This document shows positions 1-16,100 of a DNA stretch of 64,000 nt, piece by piece. The stretch is taken from assembly GCF_009914755.1 (NCBI RefSeq), contig NC_060937.1. One strand, 5' to 3'. The stretch's first letter is position 1. Each line of letters begins with the position of its first letter. Both the position numbers and the translations under genes were made by a program. Under the pieces are notes generated by a model. The model was given only the letters and a program-made list of their open reading frames with translations. It was not told the origin of the DNA and made no database searches. Source of the DNA: the human T2T-CHM13v2.0 reference genome, Homo sapiens.

Positions 1-2039
1 ATTTTTTAAAAATGTAAAGTTGCATGACATATGCATAAACATTTCATCTGTTTCACAAATATCCTGTGACAAAGTGATGGCTTGCAAAATAATGAAAGGA
101 GACAATAGCAGATGGTTTTTCACTGATATGAAAATAGTGGGGTTTTTTTTCCATCACAGAATTATGAGTTGGTCAGAGGAAAGAATGGTGAAGATTTCAG
201 TAAAGAGTAACCCAAATGTCTGAATAAAATCTGCAAAAACAATTTTCTTCCCGAGGACTGGAAGTGGCATGGACAGTTGGGCAATAAAAGAACAGCAGTG
301 ATTTTCTGCTCCATTTCTACAACAACAACAAAAACACGATGGTGGAAAACAATGCCAAGTGGAAATCTTCATTCCTTGGGGATAGAAAAACACATCCTCT
401 TCTTTAAGAACTATAACCACAGATTGCAGCAACAAGATGCGCAGAGAAAAGCTTGGTTGGGTTGAGCCAACCGTATGCGGCAAATGATTAAAAAGATGGT
501 GTCCCTCTGGGAGAGCAGAGGGCCAGTCACCAGGAGGAGCAAGAGGAACAAAGAGCTCTCATTCACATCCGCAATGCTGACGGGACGTGCGTTTTCCTCA
601 GCAAACTGGCAAGCTCCCTGGAAAGGGAAGATTAATACGAGCAGGGAATACGAACTCTCTCCAGCAAACCGTGCCCATTGTCAGCCTGGGGAGAGTGCTG
701 AGGAATGAATGGATGGTCATTGATCCTGGACTAGGAGGACTTGAATGAATTCCTTCCCCTGATTCCCAACTCCCCCTACCTTGATTTAACTCACACGCAG
801 CAATTCTCATTTATCCAATGTCCCTGGGCAAGAGCTAGTCCATGTGAATTCATTTTACCAAAAACTGAGCTGATCTGTTTGAATTTCAGATGTACGCTTA
901 ATTAAGGTTTCACTTTCTTTGGTAGAAATCTTTTAAAAATTAACGTCAGAGCTCTTTGCCCTCTGGAAGTACAGGGAACTTTACTGAGATGGCCCAAGAG
1001 GGAGCACCGAGTGCAGAGTGCACACCTGGGTGCTCAGCCTCACCCCGCGCTGTTGCTTTGCTCATTTATTTCTATTTATGAATCAAGGTTGTTAATGTGA
1101 ATGTCATTAATGCAATAATACCTCTATAGAGGCAGACAGGGTGGGAGACAAGGCTGAGGAGGGACAGAGGGCTGTGCTTCTCCAGTATTCTCGTCCATGC
1201 TGTCCAACCCTCACACCCTGAACCAGGAGGCTGGTATTGGTCATTTCTGGGTCCTCTCGTCCCGCCTACTCCTGCTCATCCAGACTCATGGCTTTCAATG
1301 CCATCTATATGTTCATGCCTTCCCTCAACGACAGACTTGTTTATACATCTGCCTACTAGGAAGCTCCGTGAGGATGTTGAATCAGTAACTCAAGCGAAAC
1401 AGCCCCAGACTCAGCCTTGCTCCAATTCCCCAGACCTCTTCCTCCCACTCTGCCGCATCTCAGCAAGGACAACTCCATCCTTCCAGTTGCTCAAGCCCAA
1501 CAACTTGAAGTCATCCTTGACAGTTTTCTTTCCACACTCCCTACCTCCAGGCCCTCAGTAAATCCTGTAAGCTCCACCTGCAAAATACAGTCTACAGAGG
1601 CTGACTGCTTCTCACCTTGCTGCTGCTCCCACTTCTGGCCACACTGCTACTGCTCTTTCCTGGATTACTGCACAGCTTCCTGCCTGGCCTTTCAGCTTCT
1701 GGCCTTGTCTCCCTGTTCTCAACACAAAAATCAGTCATCCTTCTAATCACGTTGCTCTGCAAAGTCAAACTCCTGTCAGTGGCCTGCAAGGTCCGAGGGA
1801 TCTGAATCCTCATTCCTTCTCTGTCCTCATCTCCTCAGACTCTTCCCCTGCGCTCAATCAGCTTCATTCACCACCCAAGCTCCTTGCTGTTCCCACTCAG
1901 GGCCTTTGCGCCCACTTGCTGCTTCCTCTGCCCGCAATACTGTTCACCTGAATATACATGTGACTCCTCCCCCGACTTCAGGTCCTTACTCAAACATCGC
2001 TCTCAAGTGAGGCCTTACCTGGCTACTTTATTTAAACAT

Positions 2040-2858
<819 letters not shown>

Positions 2859-3429
2859 AGTTTTTTTCTATATTGTTCACTATTATTTCCCCAGCCCCCA
2901 GAATAGTACCTGCACATAACATGTCATCAATAAATGTTTGTCAAATGAATAATTTTTTTACTATAGTCATTAAGCCTGCATCTAGAAATGCAGGGTAGTG
3001 ATTATAAACATGGATTTTAAAGTCACACAAATATAGATTCCAAAACCTGCTCTAACCCCATTTTAGCTGTGTGACCTTGGGCAAGGTATTAATACTTTTA
3101 TCATTGTTAAAATAGGTACGATGATGTACAAAAGAGGAAGCAAAGCACTGAACACAGAACCTGGCAAGCTGTAATCATCTGGCACATCTGAACTGTCTGG
3201 GTGGTGTCTCCGCTGCTACCGCCTCAGTGCAGGTTTCCATCATCTGTTGCCTGTTGACCATGAAACTCCCAACTCAATCCTCTCACTCCAGCCTTCCTCA
3301 AACCCCAGTGTCTTCCACATACTAGGACCAGAGTGATCCTCTGAACATAAAACTGATTGATAACAGATCATCCAAATGGACTAATAATTGACCAATTAAT
3401 AATTGACAATCAAAAAATTCTCTCCTCAA

Positions 3430-5166
3430 AAAAAAAGGCAAGAAAACTGGCAAAAAATGTCAAAATCAACTTTTCTAGAACTCTGAAAGTTAACCACCAA
3501 AGGCTTGGAATAATCCGGGAAGCTTTTATTTAATTAAAATGGCTGAGTCTTGGTATGAACAGCAAACTTTGTGGTGTTTCAACTTGCCCTATTCCTATCT
3601 CCCTATCTCCCACGTGGTGGTTCCCTAGAAAACTAACAATCACAGTAAAAGACAGCAGCCTGGTAGCTATCAGAGAGAGAGAAATGGAGTCGGGGGTCCT
3701 TTAAAGCCTCATTCCCATGGAATCGTCATTAGTTAGCCTCTCTAGTAGTCCCCTGGAAGACTGCACTTATAAGGTCATCTTTATTAGACCTGACTTAGAG
3801 CTCACCTAGTGCAAAAGGCTTTTCTCCAGGGGTGTTTGTAAAAAAATAAAAATAAAAAAATTAGAGACTGTTGTTTAACTTTCTGGCTGGGTGCTTTGTG
3901 GCTGCCTAAGGCTGTGGATCACAGTTGGGCAGACAATAAGCTGATCAAAAACCATAAAAGTAAAATCTGGGGAATGAGCTCTCCATGGGGTCTTAGACAA
4001 GCTTCACCCACTTTCTGGGCATCTAGAAGGTCATGGGCATGTGTAGGACTCTGCATGTGTCCAGGGCTGTGCACATGCTCAGAAAAGACCTAAGAAGGCC
4101 CCAAGAGCTCACTTCTGGCTGATCTTGGGGCTCTGTAAAACCAGAAAGTGAAAGCTAAGGCACAGTTTCAACTGCCTGGCTGAGTGTTGAAGGAGTGTCC
4201 AACGTGCACACACAGCAGCTTTCCAAGGACTGGGAGATTTACTGGTCACTGGCGTTCAAGGAAACCTCTGTCCATTCATTAACTGACCACTGAGCTGATT
4301 GAGCAGAGAGCTCAGTGGCTAAACATGATAAAGAATATAGACTTTACAGAAGATATTTAGAAATATCCCTGAGTAAAATAATAGCAACAAACAGCAACAA
4401 CAACAGGCCCAGGGGATGGAGCAGAATCTGACTTCCAGAGAGCCTATCAGGGAACTTCTGGGCCTCTAAAGTCGTGTGAGCCAATTCCCATAATAAACTT
4501 AAAAATGCTTTGAGATGAATGAAAATGAAAACACAACATAGCAACAATGAAGGATGCACTAAAGCAGTGCTTATAGGGAATTTCGTAGCTGTAAACATGT
4601 ATTTTTAAGAAAAAAGGAAAAGTCTCATATTAATAATCTAACATTCCATCCTCAGAAATTAGAAAAACAAACTAAACCCAAAAATAAGCATCAGGAAGAA
4701 AATAATAAAGATTAGAAAGAAAATAAATAAAATGGAGAATTTTTAAAATAGAGAAAAATCGATAAAACCAAATGATCTCCAAAATCACAAAACATTTAAC
4801 TAAACTGACCAAGAAAAAAAGAGAGAAGACTCAAATTACTAAAATCAGGTACGGAGAAAGGGCATTACTTGCAAAACTAGAGTTTGAAGGAAATACTACA
4901 AGCAGTTATATGCCAACAAATTAGATAACCTAGATGAAATGGACACATTTATAGAAACGCACAAACTGCTGAAACTCAGAAAGAGAAAAATCTGAATATA
5001 CCTATAACAAGAAAGATGTTGAATTAGTCATCAAAAAATGTCCCACGAAATAAAAGCCCATGACCAGATGGCTTCACTGATGAATTCTACCAAACATTTA
5101 ATGAAGAATTAACATCAATCTTTCACAGATTCTTCCAAAAAATAGAAGAGGAGGGAACACTTCCCA
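3430..5166 (+). mobile_element. Old L1M fragments (5'-region-like, then ORF2 from ~4500)
   Basis: A-rich ORF2-like sequence, e.g. ccagatggcttcactgatgaattctaccaaacattta and cttccaaaaaatagaagaggagggaacacttccc. The first part is less certain. Confidence 0.7.
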
Positions 5167-8100
5167 GAAGCTGTCTCAGAGGCTGCCTGTCAAAATACTC
5201 TATTCTGAGTCTAAATCCTCAACACAGCATTGCCAGTTTTTTATAATCCGGCCCCTGCACCACCTACCCCACCCTCGTGCGTGTGGCGCTCTAAACTTCC
5301 TCTGTTGTTTCTAAGAGTGCACCATGCTCTCTTCTCACCTCCCGGCCTTCATACCCACCGTTCCTTCTGACTGGTATAGCCTCTCTGCCTCCCCTTCTCT
5401 ACTGATTCCCGTCCATCTTTTGAGACAGCCCCTCCGCAGGAAATTTCCCTGCACCCTCCTGACTGTGTGAGGTGTCTCTCCCGGGGGCACCCACACCACG
5501 TGCCTATGCTCCTGCAGCACTTCTGACTCTGGAAAAAAATATGTCCATGCATTTATCTGCCTCTCTTCCCAGTCCTGGAAGACAGGAACGGTGATTCCAA
5601 TAGCTTGCAGGGTGCTTCTCACTAGCAAGGCACATCAACCTTTGCTGAATAAACGACCTCAGGATAAGGTAAGGCATTCCTAAATTACTGCTGTTTCTGG
5701 GACTAATTTTGATAATTTTATCCTAGTCCCAACAAGGACTCTCCCTTTGTAGAGACAGCATTCACAACAAAATGAATCTTTCTCAAGACTAAAATAAAGA
5801 AAAGAGCATTTCCAGGTTCAGACCTGCTCACAGAGTAAAATAGACAAGGCCAGTCCATGCCTGTCTGAGTACACGAGCTGCATTCTCTGTGAGTGCCCCG
5901 GTCACCTCTTGGGACACAGCCCACCAGCAGCAGCCTTGCCTGAGACCACACGGTGCTATGTGGGTGCTGGAGATGCCAGGAGGCAAGGCGGGAGGCATGG
6001 GAGGCACCGGCCTGGTTCCTAAGAAGCTCAAGTGTCCAGTGAGGAGAAATGGGCTGGAAAGTAGAAAAAGACAACGTTGTTTCCAGGAAAACTAAAATCA
6101 AAGTCAAGGAAGTGAGGCCAGCAGTCACTGCTCTAAGATGCAGGGGCTGTCCTCAAGGTGGCCAAGGAGCTCCAGGAAGGCAAGACTTTAGGGAGAGGAG
6201 AAACTGAGAAAGGCTTGAAGGTCAGAAAGAAAGCAGTGTGTTGGAAGGTAACGAGAAGGGGCAGGGGAGAGACAAAGGAGACGCATTTGGGAGGGTTTTA
6301 AATACTTTGCTAGTGAGTTTTATTTTTTGCCTGTTTAATTAATTTAAACCTGCTAATGAATTTAACTTTTCATTATGGGGGCCATTAAATATTTTTGGGC
6401 CAAAGAGAAAGTGACGTGCATGCCAAGAGGTGTTTGATGAAGATGAAGCAGGCAGGAGTCCATAGGTGGTGGTTAGAGAGTAGAGCCGGGGGGCCCGGCA
6501 GTCCAGACTCCAGGTAGCTTGGCCCTAACAAGAAAGGAGCCAGCGGGAGAAATATCAGGCAAGTAACTTGCCCTGGTCCTGCAGCGGCAAGGTGGCAGTG
6601 AAGCTGGGACATGAACCCAGGGGTCTGACTCCAGCAACCTCACCCTTTGCTGCTAGGCACACCTGCATGGCAGCCTCCTAGCTGTACCTTTCAAATAGCT
6701 GTGAGCAGCTTAAGGCTTCAATAGCTACATAGATGCATTTCTAGCAAGTGACAAGAGTGCTATTAATTATGCTAATGTAAGGGTCATTATGCATTTAAGT
6801 GCAACGCTAGTCTCTTACAAACACTAAAGGAGTGGAATTGGTCTTCTTCCCTTTCCACATACCCGACAGTTGCTTAAGACAGTCTTCCGCCACACTAGGT
6901 ACTTCGTAAATGTCCATTGAGTGGAAAAGTCCAGTGGCCAGCGGAAGTCACTAGAGTGAGGCTGTGTGAGTCCAGACACTTTCATGTGTCATATCTATAG
7001 GTTTCCATTTGGAGGCTGAATGACATCCACGATGCCCTCTGTCCTCTTTCACCGACACGCTGCACAGGTGGTTTCTTCACAGGCCTGTTTCCTGAAGGAC
7101 GTCCATAGGTGGGGCCCAAGTGACCATTAAAAAAAATGGTTCAACTGGGAATTGGCACCTTTTTGCTTGTGTCCAGTAACTTTTTAAAAGTTGAATATAT
7201 TGTCTAAACCTGGCCCTGTAGTCTTGCAGGGCTAAAAGACTCGCAGGGTCCCTGCCTGACAACTAAGAAGGCGTGTAGTGTTAGCGTCCTCTGTATTGCA
7301 TCACTGTAAGGTGGCATTCTGAATAAAGGGACTTAAAACAGTATGTCGCAAGAGAAAAACAATTCTATTATACCTAAATTTTAAAAACTTTTGTCTTTCT
7401 TCCCCTCTTGTAACTAATAGATTAGTTTGAGCATGAAAATAAACTGGGGGGAAGAATGGCCTCCTTCGTTTGCTAAGGTTTTTTCCTTTTACTCACTATT
7501 GTGAAATGCGATTCTTTAATAGATGGTGTTTAACGCTCTGTGTTAACTTCCCTTAAGGCTCTGTTGAGCATGACAAATGTGTGGATCATTACTTCCCAGT
7601 TCTCCTTGAGAAGATAAAACAATAATACATTGAAGTTTGTATTTTAACCCAGTTTTTCCGTGTGAGGCCTTTAATTTTTAGTGTTGCTGACAAATATCTG
7701 TGTCCCATTTTCCAAGCGGATGCTACCCTTCCCTTTATGACGTCATCGTGGTTGGCCGTAGTCTAGCTCCTCAGTGCATCCTCCACAGGCTCTGCCGAGT
7801 GGGGGTGTTGGTGTCAGTGCGGCGCCATTGCACGCTCACTTCTGACTCTGAGGAGGACTACGGAGCAGTTGGGTGTCCTTCACAGTTTAGGAAGCAAGGG
7901 TCGCTGCTTTTGAATCAGATACCTCTCTCTGGAATGAACCTCTTAGAATGCGCCCAGGATTGCAAATTCGCTTCCTGTCTCTGCAACATGTCATGGAAAG
8001 TTTTGAGCTGTGAAACAGCCTGTCCTTTTATCTTCAAAGCCTGAAAGCTCTTGGATCTAAGAAGGAAATCATTTATTTGGGTTGAAAAAGACAATTTGGT

Positions 8101-8588
8101 TTTAGGATGATTAAACATAGAGTTAACAAAAAATGAAAACCAAATGACTTTTAGCCTAATAAGAAACTCACACGTTTATAAATCTGCTGCTCTTAACTCA
8201 TTAATGTCATCCAAAAACCAGGCATCCTACTGTTGGAAACTGCAATATTGAAGTACAAAATGGGTGGGGTGAGAGGAAACGAGAATCTGCCAAGCAGAAG
8301 AGTCTGTACTCCAATCGCCTTATTAGGAGCTCCAAGAAAGCAGGCAGAAAAACAGAGTTTGAAATAGAACTACCAATCATGGGGCAATAACAAGAGGGTC
8401 CAAAGTTATCCCCCCACACACATGTGCACACACACCCCACAAACCTATAAATGTTTGCAAAGGTTACTTGCTTACTAGGCCAACAGGCATTCCGCTAATC
8501 ACCATGTCACTGAATTGCAGGTTCTTCCGAATCCAATTAAGAAGAGCAAGGTCTGGTAGAAAGAAAGTGACTTTTTATTCCAAAGCTA

Positions 8589-9029
<441 letters not shown>

Positions 9030-9355
9030 TCAGTGCCTTATCTACTGGCCAGTTGAGTTGGTGTCTTCCTGGGAAAAAATAGGTTGTAAAGGTGGTCAAA
9101 AACTCTAGTGTGCATACTTTGGTTGTAAATGGGCTGTTATCTCTTCAGGCAGCCTCCTGGTGGGTGAGAGTTCTGCTCTGGAGCTTCTAAGCACATAGTT
9201 AGATGAACTTGCCCTGTAGGGAGCGTCTGGTGAAGAGGAGGTAAAAGGCTATGATTACATTTCTAAAGGGCTAAGTAGGAAGTGTGGAAAAGTAGGAAAG
9301 AGAAAAAAGAGAGAGGAAAAAAAATAAAGTATCTCTTAGAAAAATGGGGGTACTA

Positions 9356-9680
<325 letters not shown>

Positions 9681-10119
9681 AAATTAGGGTACTAGGTGGT
9701 TACAACCACGGCCTCAAAGGACTCTGATAGATTAGGTCTGATAATAGTTATTTAAAACATTATTATTAGGTTATTAAATGACTAACTGTGAGCTTAGTCA
9801 AGGCGCCCAGCCTGTGTGAGCCTCAGTTTATTAATCTATGAAATAAGTTAAGTAATTCCTTTTACACAGGGTTGTGGGTGGGGATTAACAATAAGGTGGG
9901 TGAGCATCGGCACAGTACCTGGGGCAGAGCAGACGCCCACTACACAGTGCAGATTGCTGTGACTTTTTTCTTATTTATAATTAAGGTACGAAGATAAGGA
10001 ATTGAACAAAATGAATTTCAATGGTCTTTTTCAAAGGAATATCCAAGTGCTAAGGTAGCTTTTCTTTAAAATATTGCTTAGAGTATCCTATCTTTGTGGA
10101 TTTTTAAGACTGTGGCTAC

Positions 10120-10147
<28 letters not shown>
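10120..10147. repeat. (GT)n microsatellite
   Basis: Seen directly. Confidence 0.95.
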
Positions 10148-10151
<4 letters not shown>

Positions 10152-13100
10152 AAACCTGCGTATAGAGCTATTTTTAAATCTTAAATGTGTGGAAGTGTCA
10201 CGTTTAAAGAAAAGGATATCTTTAGGTAAGACAGTTTGTAATAGAAACCACTGTGTGAAATTATTTCTAGAGAACTGTTTATATGGTACGCCATCTATAT
10301 CCAAAAAAGGACACAGGCAAAGAAAATGAAAAGTTATAAAAAATAAAAATCGATTTTTAAAGGTTTTTTTAAGACCAACTACAAAGCAATAAAAATTGGG
10401 AGAGAGTTGTATCTAAAAACCTAAGCCAATATACCTTTTATGACTGAGCACAAAAAATCTAGCTAAGAGCTAAGGCAAAACAAGAAACACACAAGTTGTA
10501 CAGCTTTCAATATGTAATAGAAGGAAGTTCATCAATTTATAAGGCCTCCATTTTGAAAGGAACCAGTCATATATAGGTCTTTATATAATAGTGATTTTAT
10601 ATGATTGTTCCTTACATGGATCCTCTTTCAAAGTCAAGGGTGCCAAGGATTTGTAGGTCTTTGATGGGATTTCCCTGGGGAACCAGTACAGCATAGCCTG
10701 GGTAGGTAGCTTTCTGGTGATCAAGTTGGCATGATGTTAGATGTTCACACACTACACATAAGGGTGACCCAATGAATGAGGAGAATGTGAGCTGAGCACT
10801 AATGCCTTGGTGGTGTCTATTGCATGCCAAGGAAAGCCCAGCTGTTCTCACTGGGTTTCCAGCCACATCTCCCTCCCTGGTGTCTGGCTTTGGCAATTTC
10901 CTTGCTGCACCTCTCTCTGAACTTCTGCTACCATCTTCCTTGATGCTCTCCAATACAGCTTTCTGAATGGTGAGTCACACCAAGCTTTATTCCTTTACTA
11001 TTTGGTACCAATGCGGCTCAACTAGAAGGAAGTTTCCACTGTTATTTGCATGTTGTCTGGTCTCCCCATTCCGGAGTAGAGTTTAATTAGGGAGTCTAGA
11101 GCCATCTCGCACCATCCTTTAAACTTGTGCCCTATTTCTTGATAAACATAAGAAGCTCAGCCCACTCATGGGGGATGCACAAAGGATGAGCTTTGCAATT
11201 CCATTAGTTCTATCTGCCAGAAGAATCCACAGAGCTTCACGTTCTGCAGTTTTTATTTTTAAAAATGATAGGTCATTTTTCACTTTGCAAAAATGAAATT
11301 ATATAAATTTAAATATTCCTTTTCCAAGCCCACCTCCCCCAGACTCCATTGTTGGGAAAGGGTATGTCCCCTCATCTCCAAGAGCCACTTAGAGGAAAGA
11401 AAGGTTATCAGGCCCTTTGGCTCTTTATTGAAACTCATCTTCCTCATTGCTGTGTTTATTCATGCAACACAGGAGTTAGAAAAAGTCTGATAACAACAGG
11501 TGACTTGCTTGACAGGCAGGTATTCTGGGTGATTGACTGAAAAGAAGGCCCAAAGCTTTGCTGGCAATGATTGTAGGAAGCAAAATTACAAATTTCTTGT
11601 GAAAACTGAAGAGCCAATTACATTTTGATATAATTCAGTCAATTACTGGATGAAAGATCATCCAGCCTGGATGAAAGATCATCTCATCTCCACCCAGGGT
11701 GGATTAGAGGAGAACCTGGACGCAGGGCCAAGACTTTTCTCAGGAAACGATTTCCTGAATATGTCCAAGTGCTGAAGTGCCCAGTTAAAACCCCAGGCCT
11801 TCCCCTGTAGAGACAAGACAAGGCCTAGGAGAGCTTTAACATGGTTTCTAAAATGTGTGGTTTTGAATGGCCACATTATGTGACCTGCTAAAATGGGCTG
11901 GTCATCAAATACACCTTCAGAAAAGTTAACCTGCTTAGGGGGATTTAAACAGTCCTCCTGGATGCTGAAGAGAGTTGCCAAAACCAGTAACATTTAGCAA
12001 AATGTATACTGGGTATGAATATTGAGCTGTACTTTCTGATTATAACTGGACAGCAGGTTTTGCTTCCTCCTGAGAAAGGTTACTGGCACATGAGAGGAAG
12101 ACCATGTCATCACAAGTCACTCGGCACTGCAGAACATATGCTCACCTGAAGAGAACATCCATTTTTTTAATGTTATCAAACCAGAAGTTTCGAAGGATAG
12201 GATTATAACATCATCTAGTGTCGTACCACTTGGAGTTGAGATTTGCCCTCTCAGGAGCCAGTTTTTACCTTTTTGTGCCTTGAGGTGGTTCTTTTACACA
12301 TTCTTCAGAGGTGGGCGACACACCCTTATATAGGCCATTCTGGGGCAAGCTTTTATGTAGAGAATCAAAGACCAGTGGTTGATTAATAAGTTTCCAGAGT
12401 TTCAATATTGCAAACGTTTTCTTAAATGAAGCTGAGTGTGGCAATAGTTCACCATAGAATAATTCTACCTTAGAGTACTTGCTTTGCATGTCATATATAA
12501 TACCAAGAGGCTCAGGCCTGTGGTTTCTAAAGAAGAGAGCTGGTGTCTATTGACAAGAGCCTGAATGTTTCCCCAAAAAATCAATGCTGGAGAAACTTCA
12601 GATGTGCAAGAGAAGCAGGCATGGATCTGAAGAGAGACAAGGAACGGTGAGACAATCCTGGGGAGACTGAAGTTTGTGCTAACCGGCAGGTGAGGGGCAG
12701 GTGGGTGGGGCTGTCATCAGCAGAAGGATGGAGTTCAGAATGACACAGGCTCAGTATGTACTGGCCCCAGACGACTCTCCCAACATCATCTCCTGCCTTC
12801 TAATGTAGCAACACAAAAATGTGAATCCCAGGATGGCCAAGAGCACTGATTCTGTAGATTTGTTATACCTGCCTGGAACCCTTTGCAGAGGAGGAAGAGG
12901 AGAGATTGCTGTGGTTGGTTGGCTCATCGGCCATGGGTTTGGGAGGTGGGGAGTGATGGGACATGCTGTGAATTAACAAGCCTTTACTAGATGCTCCCCC
13001 CACACACTACGGTTTGCATAACTTCATGCCTTTGAAAAAGCTGTTGTAGCTGACTTGAAGGTTGTTTCACACCCTTCCACTGATTAAATTTCTACTAACA

Positions 13101-15044
13101 CTCCAAGACTCGGCTCCATGATACTCTTTCTCAGAAGCATCTCTTATGCCCTTCCCACCCCTAGCTTCTTGCCAGCAAAGAGAGTGTCTGCCTTTCTCTG
13201 TGGCCACAGCTGTGGCTCCAGCACAGATCACATGGTACTGGTAGCACTTGTGTATGGATCCATCTCCCCAGCCTTGAGCTCCTGGGGAACAGGGACCATG
13301 TTTTACAACTTCTTTAATCCCCTATGGGATGTGCAATGCCTGGCATATAGATGCCATTTGATAAATGCTTAATTAATTAAATATCAATGTCTAACTAGCT
13401 AATGGATTATAATGGGTAATTAAACACTACAGAGGACCTGTCCAGGATGGTTCTTTGAAATTCCTGCCTTGAGGGAGGGTAAACTTAGCTTCACTTGGCC
13501 TGGCTCATCCTACAGGTGGGTGGGCCTGACTCGATGGCACACCTCCCTCCAGAAGGCCTGCCTGTTCTTCAGGCCGAGGCTTTCCTCTGAGCGTCCTCCA
13601 GCTGCCTTCTCTGTGCAGAGCTTGCCTGCCTAGCAATGCTGGCCTATCTCCTCCTGGACCTGAAAGATGGCCTTGTTCCAGCACACCCCTGGGTCTGTCA
13701 CGGGAGGCTTCTGGTTATTTTGCAGGCAAAACCTGGCCTGTTGGACCAAAACCTGGCCTGTTGGACCAGCCAGAGTGAATGATTTTTAGTGCAGCTCTGC
13801 ACTTTAGGGTTGGGGTGCCATCCAGAGTCACCCCCGGAGTGTGGGATACCCCTTGCCCTCTCACCCCTCACTGCACCCTTCACCCTGTGCATAGCCCTGT
13901 GCTGCCGCATCTTTGCTCCAAGTGCTTCCTCTACCTGCAATTCTCCACGCCCTTCCCCTGCAGTCTGCTGGTGAACACCCACTCATCTTTGAAAACTCAG
14001 CCCAGCATCATCTTTCCGGGGAAGCCTCTTCGGATCCTCCCCCTACTTCCATCCCCCGCCGCTCCTACCCCCCAGCAAGCACTGACCCCTCCCTCTTCCA
14101 AGCCTTTCTGTCCTAGTCCCCATCACTCCATAATGATCCTAGCTGTAGGACATGGTCTGCTGAGATTCCTGCCGTGAGGCCAGGACAATTAGGGACAAAG
14201 AGCCAGGTGTTTCCATCATCACAAGAAACAGTCCTGGGCTGAAGCCTGAGCCACTAGCCCCAGATGCAGCAGGCAGCACCTGGCACAGCAGTGTTAGGAA
14301 GGTGGGCTGTGTGATCCTGCTGAGTGTGGATGATCAAAGGCCAGTGTATGGGCAAGGGTGGGGGCACATGTGGGCTGGCAGCCAGAGAGGCCAGGCTCTC
14401 CAGGTGATGAGGCCACCGGCTGTGACTTTTGGGCCTGTCTCAGGAATTTGTCTGTTCTCAGTGGTGACATGCAGCTTTGAAGCACTTCTTTCTTCCCTCT
14501 TCTGCTGGAGAAAAGAAACTAAATAGAAGCACAATAATATTGCAAAATAAATTAAGGTCTTTCCTGCAAGGAACACAAACATCCTTAGCAGGGTGGAGAG
14601 GCCACCTGTGGCTAAGAATGAGAGGCAACAGCTCAACCCTGAGAGACAAGGAGCCCTGTGCTGTGGTGACAAGCCAGCTGCAGAAAGACCCACTCAGAAG
14701 AGCTCTGGAGTGAAGATTCCCCAGTTGGTTGACAGGAGATTGAGAATTTGAGAAAATGCCACCCAGTCTTTGAAGGCATTTCTTCCATTGGTTGTTCTTC
14801 AAGAGCCATCTGCTTCAGGAGCTAATATTAACTTTAACTCTTTCAGGGAAGACATCACTCTTCAAAAATTAGACAGAAAAGCATCCAGAATTCCCATCAC
14901 CTCTATTCAACCTGGTTTTGATGTTAGCCTTCGCGTTCAGGCTGGGTGGCCATAGCATGCTAAGCATGGTGCAATAGCGTATTCCTACAGGGGACAGAGG
15001 TGAGCTTTTACAAGCTGGCTTACCTCTTAAAGATTAACTTAGCA

Positions 15045-15290
15045 AAACAGTAAACACCTACCACTTATTGTGTGTAAGGCCCTGTTCTAAATACTTTATA
15101 TAGATTAATTCATTACTCTTCCCAGTAGCCTTGTAGGGGAGCTACAATTATGATCTAGATTTTATAGATAAGGACCTCAGAGGCAGAGAAAGGCTCACTA
15201 ACTTGCCCAGGGTCACACAGCTAGATACCGGTGAAGCCAGGATTCGAACTGGGCAGCAGCTGGGCTGCAGAGCCTCCTGTTAATCAACGT
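15045..15290 (-). mobile_element. MIR
   Basis: Core ...gaggcagagaaagg...aacttgcccagggtcacacagctag...ccaggattcgaac. Confidence 0.8.
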
Positions 15291-15799
15291 GCCATCCTGT
15301 CCTTTAGCACGAAGGCCATGCATATAGTGAGGTGTGCAGGATGCAAAGGATGGTGGCCTCTGCCAAGGTGGGGTCATGGAAATGCTAAGCGGATTCTTGC
15401 AGTGACTATTCATGGGTGAGGATGGATGAGGGGAAGAAAAGAAGGGAGGAGGTGCTGGAGCATCCAGTGGGGGCTCAGGTCAAAGAGGCTATTACCAGGG
15501 TGGGCGATGACCAGGAGCAGCCAAGGGCTGGTACAGATGGGCCCAGGCGAATGTCAAGGCTCAACACTAGAGAGGCCCACTAGATGAATCCCAAAGGTGA
15601 GGTGCTGGACAAATGCAGAAGCCAGCGACATGGATGAGGAAGGAGAGGCAAGCCCCTATGCAGAGAGGCATGGTGTGGGGTTAATACTGCTGCCTGAGCC
15701 CATGGGTTCAGGCTACTGTGAGGAGAAGGCCTGGGTTAGGAGGGTCACGGACAGCAGAAGTTTGAAGTCTGGGCCCCACAGTAAAGATGCCACCATAGT

Positions 15800-16100
<301 letters not shown>

